From Anaeramoeba ignava BMAN (Eukaryota > Protista > Anaeramoebae), in contig JAPDFW010000099.1 in the NCBI GenBank assembly GCA_028826165.1, positions 179,066-243,065 of the forward strand: a stretch of DNA of 64,000 nucleotides, read 5' to 3'. Positions 1 through 11,583 of the stretch are shown one piece after another (position 1 is the first letter of the stretch; each line of letters starts with the position of its first letter). The notes under the pieces are model-generated. The model saw nothing but the letters and a program-made list of their open reading frames with translations. It was not told where the DNA came from and made no database searches. Made by a program: the position numbers and the translations under genes.

Positions 1-1246
1 TTGTTCGTAAAAATGTATTTAAATATTTTAATGTGTTATAATTTATTTTCGGAATTTTTTGAACAAGAACTTGAATTGCTTCTGAATCAACTAAATCAAT
101 CCAAAAAATTATTTGATTTTGAAATTAAAATTTTGAAATTGAAATTGAATTTGAAATTGATTTATAAAATTGAAATTGAAATAGAAATAGAAATAGAAAT
201 TAAAATTGAATTTGAAATTGAAATTGAAATTGATTTAGAAATTAAAATTGAAATTGAAATAGAAATTGAAATTGAAATTGAAATTGATTTAGAAATAGAA
301 ATTGATTTAGAAATAGAAATTGATTTAGAAATAGAAATTGATTTAGAAATTGAAATAGAAATTGAAATAGAAATTGATTTAGAAATTGAAATAGAAATTG
401 AAATTGAAATTGAAATTGATTTAGAAATTGAAATTGATTTAGAAATAGAAATTAAAATTGAAATTGAATTTGAAATTGAAATTGAAATAGAAATAGAAAT
501 AGAAATAGAAATAGAAATTGAAATTGAAATTGATTTTGAAATTGAAATTGATTTAGAAATTGAAATTGATTTAGAAATTGATTTATAAAATTGATTTTGA
601 AATTAATTTTGAAATTGATTTTGAAATTGAAATTGAATTTGAAATTGAATTTGCTAACCAGCTTTATTCCATTCTTCAAATAAAGAATCTGTTAGAATAC
701 TTTCAGGTAATTCCCTGAAAAATTGTTTGAGTAAACTTGCAATAACATAAACATCATTATAAATTGAAAAATCATAATTTTCATCTGTTTTTTTTTATTT
801 TGAAAAAAAGTATTTCTTTTTTTTGTTATGAATTTTCTGATTGATTTTTATTTTGAAATAAAAAAGATTTATCACCTTCATCAATTTCTTTTTTTAATAA
901 TTCAATTTGCATATGATTTCCTGGAATTCGAAATATTCCTTCTATATTTTGTGCTATAATTTTAAAATCAAAATTCATTTATAAAATTAAAATTGATTTT
1001 GATTTTGATTTTAATTTTGATTTTGATTTTGATTTTGATTTTGATTTTGATTTTGATTTTGATTTTAAATACCATCAAGTTCTTTGAGTCTAGAAATTAA
1101 TTTTACAATAATAACTGGAACATTTTCTGAATTTAATTTTTGATTTTCAAGAGAAACTCCAAAAACTTTTGCTTTAATATTTAAAATAATTTTTTTAATT
1201 AAATTTTTTTAAAATTAAATTTTTTAAAATAAAATTTTTTACACAT
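1..1246 (-). CDS. Rho GTPase-activating protein (RhoGAP domain), 3' end runs off the window; 5 exons visible
   Basis: Not in the ORF track. Manually spliced GT-AG exons 1246-1243, 1171-1073, 953-876, 784-659 and 90-1 give MSKVFGVSLE...VPVIIVKLI...EGIFRIPG...DVYVIASLLKQFFRELPESIL...IPKINYNTLKYLNTFL. These are canonical RhoGAP motifs including the arginine finger (GIFR). Confidence 0.92.
95..650. repeat. Intronic (GAAATT/GAAATA/GATTTA)n microsatellite in RhoGAP intron 4
   Basis: Hexamer repeats between the minus-strand donor at 658 and acceptor at 91; they explain the spurious EIEIEI ORF 1..588. Confidence 0.9.
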
Positions 1247-1312
1247 TAAAATATAAAAAAAGAAAAATGATTTTTCATTTTTTTAATTCATTTTTTTTCT
1301 TTTCCAAATAAA
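1247..1312. promoter_or_regulatory. 66-bp divergent (bidirectional) promoter region between RhoGAP and PCF11-like genes
   Basis: Head-to-head ATGs at 1246 (-) and 1313 (+). The spacer has AAAAATGA (minus-oriented TCATTTT) and TTTTTCATTTT / TTCATTTT (plus-oriented). Confidence 0.6.
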
Positions 1313-4300
1313 ATGTCAAAAGAAAAATATTTAATTTCAGAATTTGAAAAAGAAATTAATCGTTTAGATGAAATTGATAATAATGAACTTATTAAAATAA
1401 TAAATCAATCACCAAATTTAACAAATACATTTTTTAATTTAATTATAACAAAAATTCAAAAAGTATACAAAAATTCAGAATAAAATCAATTATATTCTAA
1501 ATTAAAATTAAATTTAAAATTAAAACTAAATTTAAAATTAAAATTAAAATTAAAATTAAAATTAAAAAATTAAAATTAAAATTAAAATTAAAAATTAAAA
1601 TTTAAAATTAAAATTAAAATTAAAATTAAAATCAAAATTAAAATTAAAATTAAAATTAAAATTAAAATTAAAATTAAAATTAAAATTAAAATTAAATTTA
1701 AAATTAAAATTAAAATTACAATCAATATTAAAATCAAAATTAAAATTAAAATTAAAAATTAAATTTAAAATTAAAAATTTAAATTAAAATTAATATTAAA
1801 ATTAAAAATCAAAACTAAATTTAAAATTTAAATTTAAATTAAAACTAAATTTAAAATTAAATTTAAAATTTAAAATTAAATTTAAAATTAAAATTAAAAT
1901 TAAAATCAAAATTAAAATTAAAATTAAAATTTAAAATTAAAATTAAAATCAAAATTCAAATTAAAATTAAAATCAAAATTCATATTAAAATTAAAATTAA
2001 AATTAAAATTAAAATTAAAATTTAAAATTAAAATTAAATTTAAAATTAAAATCAAAATTAAAATTAAAATTAAAATTCAAAATTAAAATCAAAATTAAAT
2101 TTAAAATTAAAATAGTCATCACAAAAACAAAAACTACAACTCCTTTTTTTGTTTAATAATCTAATTCAACAAAACAAAGAAGAATATTCAACACTTTTTC
2201 AAAGAAGTATTACTAAAATTTTCAATTCAATTTGTGAACAGTCACTTACACAACAAAACCTTCAGCAAATTCAAGATTTAATAGAATATTGGAAAAATAC
2301 AAAAATAATAGATTTAACACATATAAAATTAATTGAGAAAAAATTAAAGCAAAATTTAAATAAAATAAATGAAAATTCCAATGTTTTCCATTCAGAAAAA
2401 TACCTTTTAGAAAAAGGAGATTTACAAAATATTTCAGAAGAAAAACCAAATGATTCTTCTTCTTATTTTTTGCAATTTCAAAATCAAATAAACCAAAATC
2501 AATTAAATCAAAATCAAATAAATCAAAATCAATTAAATCAAAACCAAATAAATCAAAATCAATTAAATCAAAATCAATTAAATCAAAACCAAAATCAATT
2601 AAATCAAAATCAATTAAATCAAAATCAATTAAATCAAAATCAATTAAATCAAAATCATTTAAATCAAAATCAAAATCATTTAAATCAAAATCAATTAAAT
2701 CAAAATCAATTAAATCAAAATCAATTAAATCAAAATCAATTAAATCAAAATCAATTAAATCAAAACCAAAATCATTTAAATCAAAATCAATTAAATCAAA
2801 ATCAATTAAATCAAAATCAATTAAATCAAAACCAAAATCAATTAAATCAAAATCAATTAAATCAAAATCATTTAAATCAAAATCAAAATCATTTAAATCA
2901 AAATCAATTAAATCAAAATTCCAAAATTTCAATTAATGAAAACAGAAACTTTTCACAAAATCTAAGTAATAAATCAATTCAGTTCACAGAATATCAACAA
3001 TCATTATATCCTCAAAAACAATTTTTACCAATTCAAAATACAAAAAATTCCTCAAATCTTAATTTTCAACAAAACAAAATCAATCAAATTGATTTTTTTT
3101 CAATTCAATCAAAAATTCGATCAAATTTAGGAATCAAATTATTGAAAATTGCTATTAATTTACCAAATATTTCGAATCAAGAATTGCAATTTGTTTATGA
3201 TTGTTTTGAGAATATGGAAAAAGAATATGCATTGGATTTAAATCAAGAAAGAGAGCAAATTTATCATTTACTTTCTTATATTTTGGACTTTATCCAAAAA
3301 AGGAATTCTCAATCTAATCATTTAAGGAATTATCAATTTTCAAGTGATTTAAAAAGTGTTCTTGAAAAATTATATTTACCAGTTCAATTTCAATGTCAAA
3401 AATGTGGACTTAGATTAGAAAATGAAGAACAAGCTCAGAATCATAAAATTAAACATAAAAATTTAGAACAAATTTCAATTGATCAATTTAATGGAAAAGT
3501 TTCTCGGAAATGGTTTCAACATTTTCAAGTAAACATTATATTTGTTTTGTTTTTAACAAATAAATTCATAAAATTTTCTTTTTGAATTTATTATTTTATT
3601 TCTAGGATTGGAAAATTGATTTACCACAAAATTTAAATCAAGATCAAAATCAAAATCAAGAAAATCAATTAAATCAATTAAATCAATTAAATCAATTAAA
3701 TCAAGAAAATCAATTAAATCAATTAAATCAATTAAATCAATTAAATCAATTAAATCAATTAAATCAAGAAAATCAAGAAAATCAATTAAATCAATTAAAT
3801 CAAAATCAAAATCAATTAAATCAAGAAAATCAATTAAATCAAGAAAATCAATTAAATCAATTAAATCAAAATCAAAATCAATTAAATCAAAATCAATTAA
3901 ATCAATTAAATCAATTAAATCAATTAAATCAATTAAATCAATTAAATCAAGAAAATCAAATTCAAATTCAAAATCAAATTCAAATTCAAAATAAAAATCA
4001 AAATCAAAATCAATTAAATCAATTAAATCAATTAAATCAATTAAATCAAAATCAATTAAATCAATTAAATCAAGAAAATCAATTAAATCAATTAAATCAA
4101 GAAAATCAAGAAAATCAATTAAATCAATTAAATCAATTAAATCAATTAAATCAATTAAATCAATTAAATCAATTAAATCAAAATCAAAATCAAGAAAATC
4201 AAAATCAATTAAATCAATTAAATCAAAATCAATTAAATCAAAATATAAATCAATTAAATCAAAATAAAAATCAAAATCAAAATCAAAATCAAAATCAATT

Positions 4301-7300
4301 AAATCAATTAAATCAAGAAAATCAATTAAATCAAAATCAATTAAATCAAAATCAATTAAATCAAAATATAAATCAATTAAATCAAGAAAATCAATTAAAT
4401 CAAAATCAAAATCAAAATCAAAATCAAAATCAAAATCAAAATCAAGAAAATCAATTAAATCAAAATCAATTAAATCAATTAAATCAATTAAATCAATTAA
4501 ATCAATTAAATCAATTAAATCAAGAAAATCAAGAAAATCAAGAAAATCAATTAAATCAAAATCAAAATCAATTAAATCAAAATCAAAATCAATTAAATCA
4601 AAATCAAGAAAATCAAAATCAATTAAATCAATTAAATCAAGAAAATCAATTAAATCAATTAAATCAATATCAAAATCAAAATCAATTAAATCAATTAAAT
4701 CAAAATCAATTAAATCAATATCAAAATCAAGAAAATCAAGAAAATCAATTAAATCAATTAAATCAATTAAATCAATTAAATCAATTAAATCAATTAAATC
4801 AATTAAATCAAGAAAATCAAGAAAATCAATTAAATCAAGAAAATCAAGAAAATCAATTAAATCAAAATCAAAATCAAAATCAATTAAATCAAGAAAATCA
4901 ATTAAATCAAAATCAAAATCAAAATCAAAATCAAAATCAAGAAAATCAATTAAATCAATTAAATCAATTAAATCAAAATCAAAATCAATTAAATCAAAAT
5001 CAAAATCAAAATTTAAATCAAAATCAAAATCATTTAAATCAAAATCAAAATCAATTAAATCAAAATCAATTAAATCAAGAAAATCAAAATTTAAATCAAA
5101 ATCAATTAAATCAAGAAAATCATTTAAATCAAAATCAAAATCAAAATCAATTAAATCAAAATCAAAATCAATTAAATCAAAATCAAAATCAATTAAATCA
5201 AAATCAAAATCAATTAAATCAAAATCAAAATTTAAATCAAAATCAAAATCATTTAAATCAAAATCAAAATCATTTAAATCAAAATCAATTAAATCAAATT
5301 CAAAATCAAAATCAAAATCAATTAAATCAATTAAATCATTTAAATCAATTAAATCAAGAAAATCATTTAAATCAAAATCAAAATCAAAATCAAAATCAAA
5401 ATCAAAATGAAAATCAAAATTTAAATCAAAATTTAAATCAAAATCAAAATCAATTAAATCAAGAAAATCAAAATTTAAATCAAATTCAAAATCAATTAAA
5501 TCAAAACCAAAATCAATTAAATCAAAATCATTTAAATCAAAATCAATTAAATCAAAATCATTTAAATCAAAATCAATTAAATCAAAATCAATTAAATCAA
5601 AATCAATTAAATCAAAATCAATTAAATCAAAATCAATTAAATCAAAATCAATTAAATCAAAATCAATTAAATCAAAATCAATTAAATCAATTAAATCAAA
5701 ATCAATTAAATCAAAATCAATTAAATCAAAATCAATTAAACCAAAATCAATTAAATCAAAATCAATTAAATCAAAACCAAAATCAATTAAACCAAAATCA
5801 TTTAAATCAATTAAATCAAAATTCCAAAATTTCAATTAATGAAAACAGAAACTTTTCACAAAATCTAAGTAATGAATCAATTCAGTTCACAGAATATCAA
5901 CAATCATTATATCCTCAAAAACAATTTTTACCAATTCAAAATACAAAAAATTCCTCAAATCTTAATTTTCAACAAAACAAAATCAATCAAATTGATTTTT
6001 TTTCAATTCAATCAAAAATTCGATCAAATTTAGGAATCAAATTATTGAAAATTGCTATTAATTTACCAAATATTTCGAATCAAGAATTGCAATTTGTTTA
6101 TGATTGTTTTGAGAATATGGAAAAAGAATATGCATTGGATTTAAATCAAGAAAGAGAGCAAATTTATCATTTACTTTCTTATATTTTGGACTTTATCCAA
6201 AAAAGGAATTCTCAATCTAATCATTTAAGGAATTATCAATTTTCAAGTGATTTAAAAAGTGTTCTTGAAAAATTATATTTACCAGTTCAATTCCAATGTC
6301 AAAAATGTGGACTTAGATTAGAAAATGAAGAACAAGCTCAGAATCATAAAATTAAACATAAAAATTTAGAACAAATTTCAATTGATCAATTTAATGGAAA
6401 AGTTTCTCGGAAATGGTTTCAACATTTTCAAGTAAACATTATATTTGTTTTGTTTTTAACAAATAAATTCATAAAATTTTCTTTTTGAATTTATTATTTT
6501 ATTTCTAGGATTGGAAAATTGATTTACCACAAAATTTAAATCAAGATCAAAATCAAAATCAAGAAAATCAATTAAATCAATTAAATCAATTAAATCAATT
6601 AAATCAAAATCAATTAAATCAATTAAATCAAAATCAATTAAATCAATTAAATCAAGAAAATCAAGAAAATCAATTAAATCAAGAAAATCAAGAAAAACAA
6701 TTAAATCAAGAAAATCAAGAAAATCAAGAAAATCAATTAAATCAAGAAAATCAAGAAAATCAAGAAAATCAATTAAATCAAAACCAAAATCAAAATCAAG
6801 AAAATCAATTAAATCAAAATCAAAATCAATTAAATCAAAATCAAAATCAATTAAATCAAAATCAAGAAAATCAAGAAAATCAATTAAATCAAAATCATTT
6901 AAATCAAAATCAAAATTTAAATCAATATCAAAATCAAGAAAATCAAGAAAATCAATTAAATCAAATTCAAAATCAATTAAATCAAAATCAAAATTTAAAT
7001 CAAATTCAAAATCAATTAAATCAAGAAAATCAATTAAATCAAAATCAATTAAATCAAAATCAATTAAATCAAAATCAATTAAATCAAGAAAATCAAAATT
7101 TAAATCAAAATCAATTAAATCAAAATTTAAATCAAAATCAAGAAAATCAAGAAAATCAATTAAATCAAAATCAAAATCAATTAAATCAAAATCAAAATTT
7201 AAATCAAATTCAAAATCAAATTCAAAATCAAAATCAAAATCAATTAAACCAAAATCAATTAAACCAAAATCAATTAAATCAAAATCAATTAAATCAAAAT

Positions 7301-8023
7301 CAATTAAATCAAGAAAATCAATTAAACCAAAATCAATTAAATCAAAATCAAAAAAATCAAGAAAATCAATTAAATCAAGAAAATCAATTAAATCAAGAAA
7401 ATCAAGAAAATCAATTAAATCAATTAAATCAAAATCAAAATCAATTAAATCAAAATCAATTAAATCAATTAAATCAAATTCAAAATCAAAATCAAAATCA
7501 AAATCAATTAAATCAAGAAAATCAAAATTTAAATCAAAATCAATTAAATCAAGAAAATCAAAATTTAAATCAAAATCAAAATCAATTAAATCAAAATCAA
7601 AATCAAAATCAAAATCAAAATCAAAATCAAAATCAAAATCAAAATCAAATTCAAAATCAAAATCAATTAAATCAATATCAAAATCATTTAAATCAAAATC
7701 AAAATCAAAATCATTTAAATCAAAATCAAAATCAAAATCAAAATATAAATCAAAATCAAATTCAAAATCAAAATATTTTACAAAAAATTAATTCAAATTC
7801 TATCCAAAAAGTCTTCAAATTTACATTTAGTAATTCATCAAATTGGTTGCATTCTCCTTCAAAAATTTTTGATATAATTTCATCAAATTCAAATTCCAAT
7901 TTAAATTTAAATGAAAAAAATAGTTTCAAAGAAAACTTTTCAAAATCTAAAAAAATTTATGAAAATATTGATTGGAAATTTGAAATTCCAAGTTTTGAAA
8001 CAAAAAGAGGAAGATATTTTTAA
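1313..8023 (+). CDS. PCF11: PCF11-like pre-mRNA cleavage/termination factor (CID domain, C2H2 zinc finger, Clp1-binding motif) with internal duplication and long Q/N tracts
   Basis: Exons 1313-1462, 2116-3528, 3606-6431 and 6509-8023 stay in frame. N-terminal CID-like motif KLQLLFLFNNLIQ...LIEYW; LY-x5-QCQKCGLR...H-x3-H...SRKWF-x4-DW matches the Pcf11 zinc finger 1 plus Clp1-interaction segment. Confidence 0.8.
1490..2112. repeat. Intronic (AAAATT)n microsatellite, PCF11 intron 1
   Basis: Near-pure AAAATT/AAAATC repeats between the donor at 1463 and acceptor at 2115. Confidence 0.92.
2900..6600 (+). repeat. Tandem direct duplication, period 2903 bp (unique segments ~2915-3700 and ~5818-6600, each including the same 77-nt intron)
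   Basis: Donors at 3529/6432 and acceptors at 3605/6508 are exactly 2903 bp apart. The copies are nearly identical; differences seen are AAA vs GAA in LSN(K/E)S and TTT vs TTC in VQFQC. Confidence 0.95.
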
Positions 8024-8119
8024 AAAAAATAAAAAATAATTTGAAAATAAAAAGAAAAGAATTGTGTTTCTTTATTTTTTTTTTCAATCAAAAAAATTCA
8101 TCAAGAAATACAACAAAAA

Positions 8120-11100
8120 TTAATTATTTGAAAAATTAGAAAAATTTGCATTATTTTCATTATTTTCATTATTTGCATTTTCATTTTCAAATTGAATTTT
8201 CTTTGTTTTCAAATTATTTTCATTTTTAATTTTAGGTTTTTTGATTTGATTTGATTTGTGAATTTTCCAAAAGAAATTTTCAAAAATTATTAAAGGTGAA
8301 GTAAATTGAGGTTTAAATTTAACAAGAAAAGGACTTGGTGAGTCTTTAATTTGTTGTGCCATTTTTGGTGGAATAAATGTGCATAACCATTTAAGGAATT
8401 GAGGTTGAATTTTTCCAAAATCTTGAAATATATCATGTAAAGTTTTTGGGATTAAAATCTAAATTAATAAATAAATTAATAAATTATTATATTATTATAT
8501 TATTATATAAATTCTTTTACTCTGGGTGATTTTTTAGTTAAAACCCGAGTATGTAATAAAAGATATCCTTGTGCAATTTGAGTAAGATCTTCATCAATTT
8601 TTTCTGGTGAATAAACATGAAGAATAGAAGAATAAAGATCCAAAGAAATCAAAGCAAAATAAAATCTTGGATCTGATGGAAAAACAATATTTTCTATTCT
8701 TGGATCACCAGATTTAAAATATTTTGATTTTTGATATAAATTCCCTCTTAAAATCCCATATTTAATATCATGTAATGAATATAATTGACCTGAAATTTGA
8801 TAAATACTAGTTTTCATAAATTCTTTTAAAGAATTTTTATCTTCTGGAATTCCTTTTACAATTGCTGAATGAAAACAAAGAACATTATATATATTAATAA
8901 AAAATGCAAGTTTTTCTTCTAAAAATAAATTTTTCAATTCAACCTAAAAATATATATATATATATGTATATATAAATTAAATAAAAACTCCTTTTTTTTC
9001 TTCACTTCGTTACTTTTTGAAGTTCTGTTGTTGAATTCGCAAATCTTCGAAAAGGAATAGAACTCGCAAGTATAGAAAAATCAATTTGATTTGTAGATCC
9101 AAAAAAGAAACAATTACATAAATCAATAACTTTTTGTGAAAGTTCTTGAGAAATTATTGTAGCACTTCTTGGATTTCCTCGAAATTCAAATGAGGAATTT
9201 AAATTTTCAACAGAAATTGTAATAATTTTTGCCTAAATTTTTTAAATCAAAATAAGTTCCTTCTTTAAAAAAGAAATTGCTTTTTTTTTTTTGTGATTTT
9301 GTTTTAAATTCACTCTTTTAATATCTTTGGATCTAATTCTTGTATCTAAATCAGAAATTCTTGAAAGAAGATCTGCATAAAGATGTGATTTTTTAAATTC
9401 ACTAAAATTATCATGATCCATATGTCTAAATACAATCTCTTTTGCCTTTAAATATTGATTTTGTTTTTTTTTTTTGATAAATATAAATATAAATATAAAT
9501 ATAAATATAAATATAAAAAGTACTTCTGTAAAAATTTGAGGAGAATAATTTCCATTTTTAGATTTTTCTAAAATTCGACTTCTATTTTTTGAATCGATAT
9601 TGATTTCAAATACAGAACCTGTTTTAATATATTTTTCAATTATATAAATGGCTTTTTTCCTGAGTTGCTAAGATTTAGGAAAAAATTTTTTAATAAATAT
9701 AAATAGTTTTTTTTTTGCTTTGTTTTGCTTTTTTTTTTGTTACAATTGAATCAGGTTCCATAGTTTCTAATTCTAATATATCTAGATAAAAAAGAATATT
9801 TTCTTGATTCATTTGTTCACAAAGAAATTCTTTAAAAAAATCAACAGCAAGTGGAACTTGAAAAATTTCTTCAAAAGTTTCAATTGAAAATCTCTAAAAA
9901 ATATTTGAGAATAAATTCAATTTGGAATGATATAAACATGGATATGAATATAAATATTTCAAAAAGAAAATACTTTATTTTTCTCTTCTAAATCTTTTTG
10001 AGAATTTGTATTTTTGTCAATTTCTTTTTTTGTTTGATCATTTTCACTTTTTTGTTCTTTTAATAAAACAGTTTCAAATTCATCTTCATTTAATACAAAA
10101 GAAACCTCTTTTTTATCTGATTCTTTAACACTTTTTTTTTGATAAATCATATAAATAAATATGCAAAAAAAAAATATCACTTTTTTTTTTCCTATAAATA
10201 ATTTTACTTTGTTTGAAGAACTTTTTGAGAATGTAAAGAAGATCTTTTTTTTGGAGAAAAACTTTTTTGGAAATTTTTAGTTGGAGATTTTCTACGATTT
10301 TTTGGGAAATAAAGAATTTCATCAAGTACAATTTCGAGATCCTAAAAATTCAATTAAAATTAAAATTCAATTATAAAATTCATTTATAAAATTCATTTAC
10401 ATCGTTTTCGGAAAAATCTGCATAATCAAATTCGGATGTTTCATTCATTGTTTCTGTATATTCTTCTGCTGTTACAGTTAATGTATCTTGAGATTTTATT
10501 GCTTGATTTTCATTTAATTGAGTCACTAAACGCTGATTTTGATCAATAACTTCTTTTATTTTATTTCTTAATTTTGTTATTAACTCTTCCGATGATCTTT
10601 CATGCATTGTTTTTGCAATTGGAAAAGAAGAAGAATCTTGAATTTGATTGTTTTTCGCTTTGAGAAGAATTAATTCGTTTTTGAGCGAAAATAAAACATT
10701 TAAAAGTAAAAGAGTGTTATCTGGATTTTTTTGATTTGAATTTTTTTGATTTGAATTTTTTTCAGTTAAATTTTTTTCATTTAAATTTTTGATGCTAAAT
10801 TTGCCTCGAATTTGGGCAATTTTTTCAATAAGATTTTGTGTTTCTTTAATAATTTGTTCTAATTCTTTTTCAGAATCTTGGAATTCTTTTGAAGATTGTG
10901 ATTGTTGATTTACAGATTGTAATTTTGAATGCATTTCTTTTAGTTTATTTATACTTTCAGTAATATTTTTTATTTTTTTGTTGTATTCTAAAAGAGTTTT
11001 TTGGCTTTCTTGAATTGTTGATTCATTTGTAATTGATCTAAAATCAGTTGATCTTTTTTGAAGAGTTTTAAGTTCAGATCGAAGTCTATTATTATTAAAT

Positions 11101-11255
11101 GTAATGTCTTTAAGTCTTTCTTGTGTTTTTAATAGTTTTTTTTCTAAATTTTGTTTTTTTTTGCGTTTTAATATTTCTTTCTCTTTTTCTTGTTGAAGTT
11201 TTGCTATTTTATTTTTTAATTTATTGATCACTTCTTGTTTTTGTTCTTGATTCAT
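8120..11255 (-). CDS. Multi-exon protein: N-terminal coiled coil + RGS domain + DUF547
   Basis: Spliced exons at ~9890-9315 read FKEFLCEQMNQENILFYLDI...KAIYIIEKYIKTGSVFEINID...AKEIVFRHMDHDNFSEFKKSHLY (RGS). ORF 8503..8937 has EKLAFFINIYN...YSLHDIKYGILRGN...DPRFYFAL (DUF547). ORF 10380..11255 is coiled coil. Confidence 0.85.
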
Positions 11256-11583
11256 TTGTTTTGTTTTGTTGTTTTTTATTATAGATTAAATGGGTAAGTT
11301 GTGTTGGAATTTTATTCAATAACCAAAAAAAATTTTAAAAAAAAAAGAAACAAAGAAATGAAATGAAAAAATGAAAAAATGAAAAAATGGAAAAATGAAA
11401 AAATTTTCTTTTGTTTTTGATCAATTTCTTTTTAAATTCTTTTTTAAAATTAATTAAATGAACCCATTTTAATTGTTTTCTGGCAATAAATAAACAAATG
11501 AAATTTTTTATTTTTTCATTTTTTATTTTTTCATTTTTCTACATTTTTTTTTAAAAAAAGAAAATTAAATTAAAAAATTAAAA

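Noticed and set aside
1-679. ORFs 1..588 (+) and 452..679 (-)
   Set aside because: They are translations of an intronic microsatellite and the antisense of RhoGAP exons.
2246-5835. Long minus-strand DLIDFD ORFs (228 aa, 760 aa); likewise 39394..40335
   Set aside because: They are antisense shadows of Q/N-coding repeats, and stop-free only because the repeat lacks stops in that frame.
10180-10207. Possible microexon TAG|GAAAAAAAAAAA|GTGA in an RGS-DUF547 intron
   Set aside because: It would require a 16-nt upstream intron. The single ~77-nt intron already keeps the frame.
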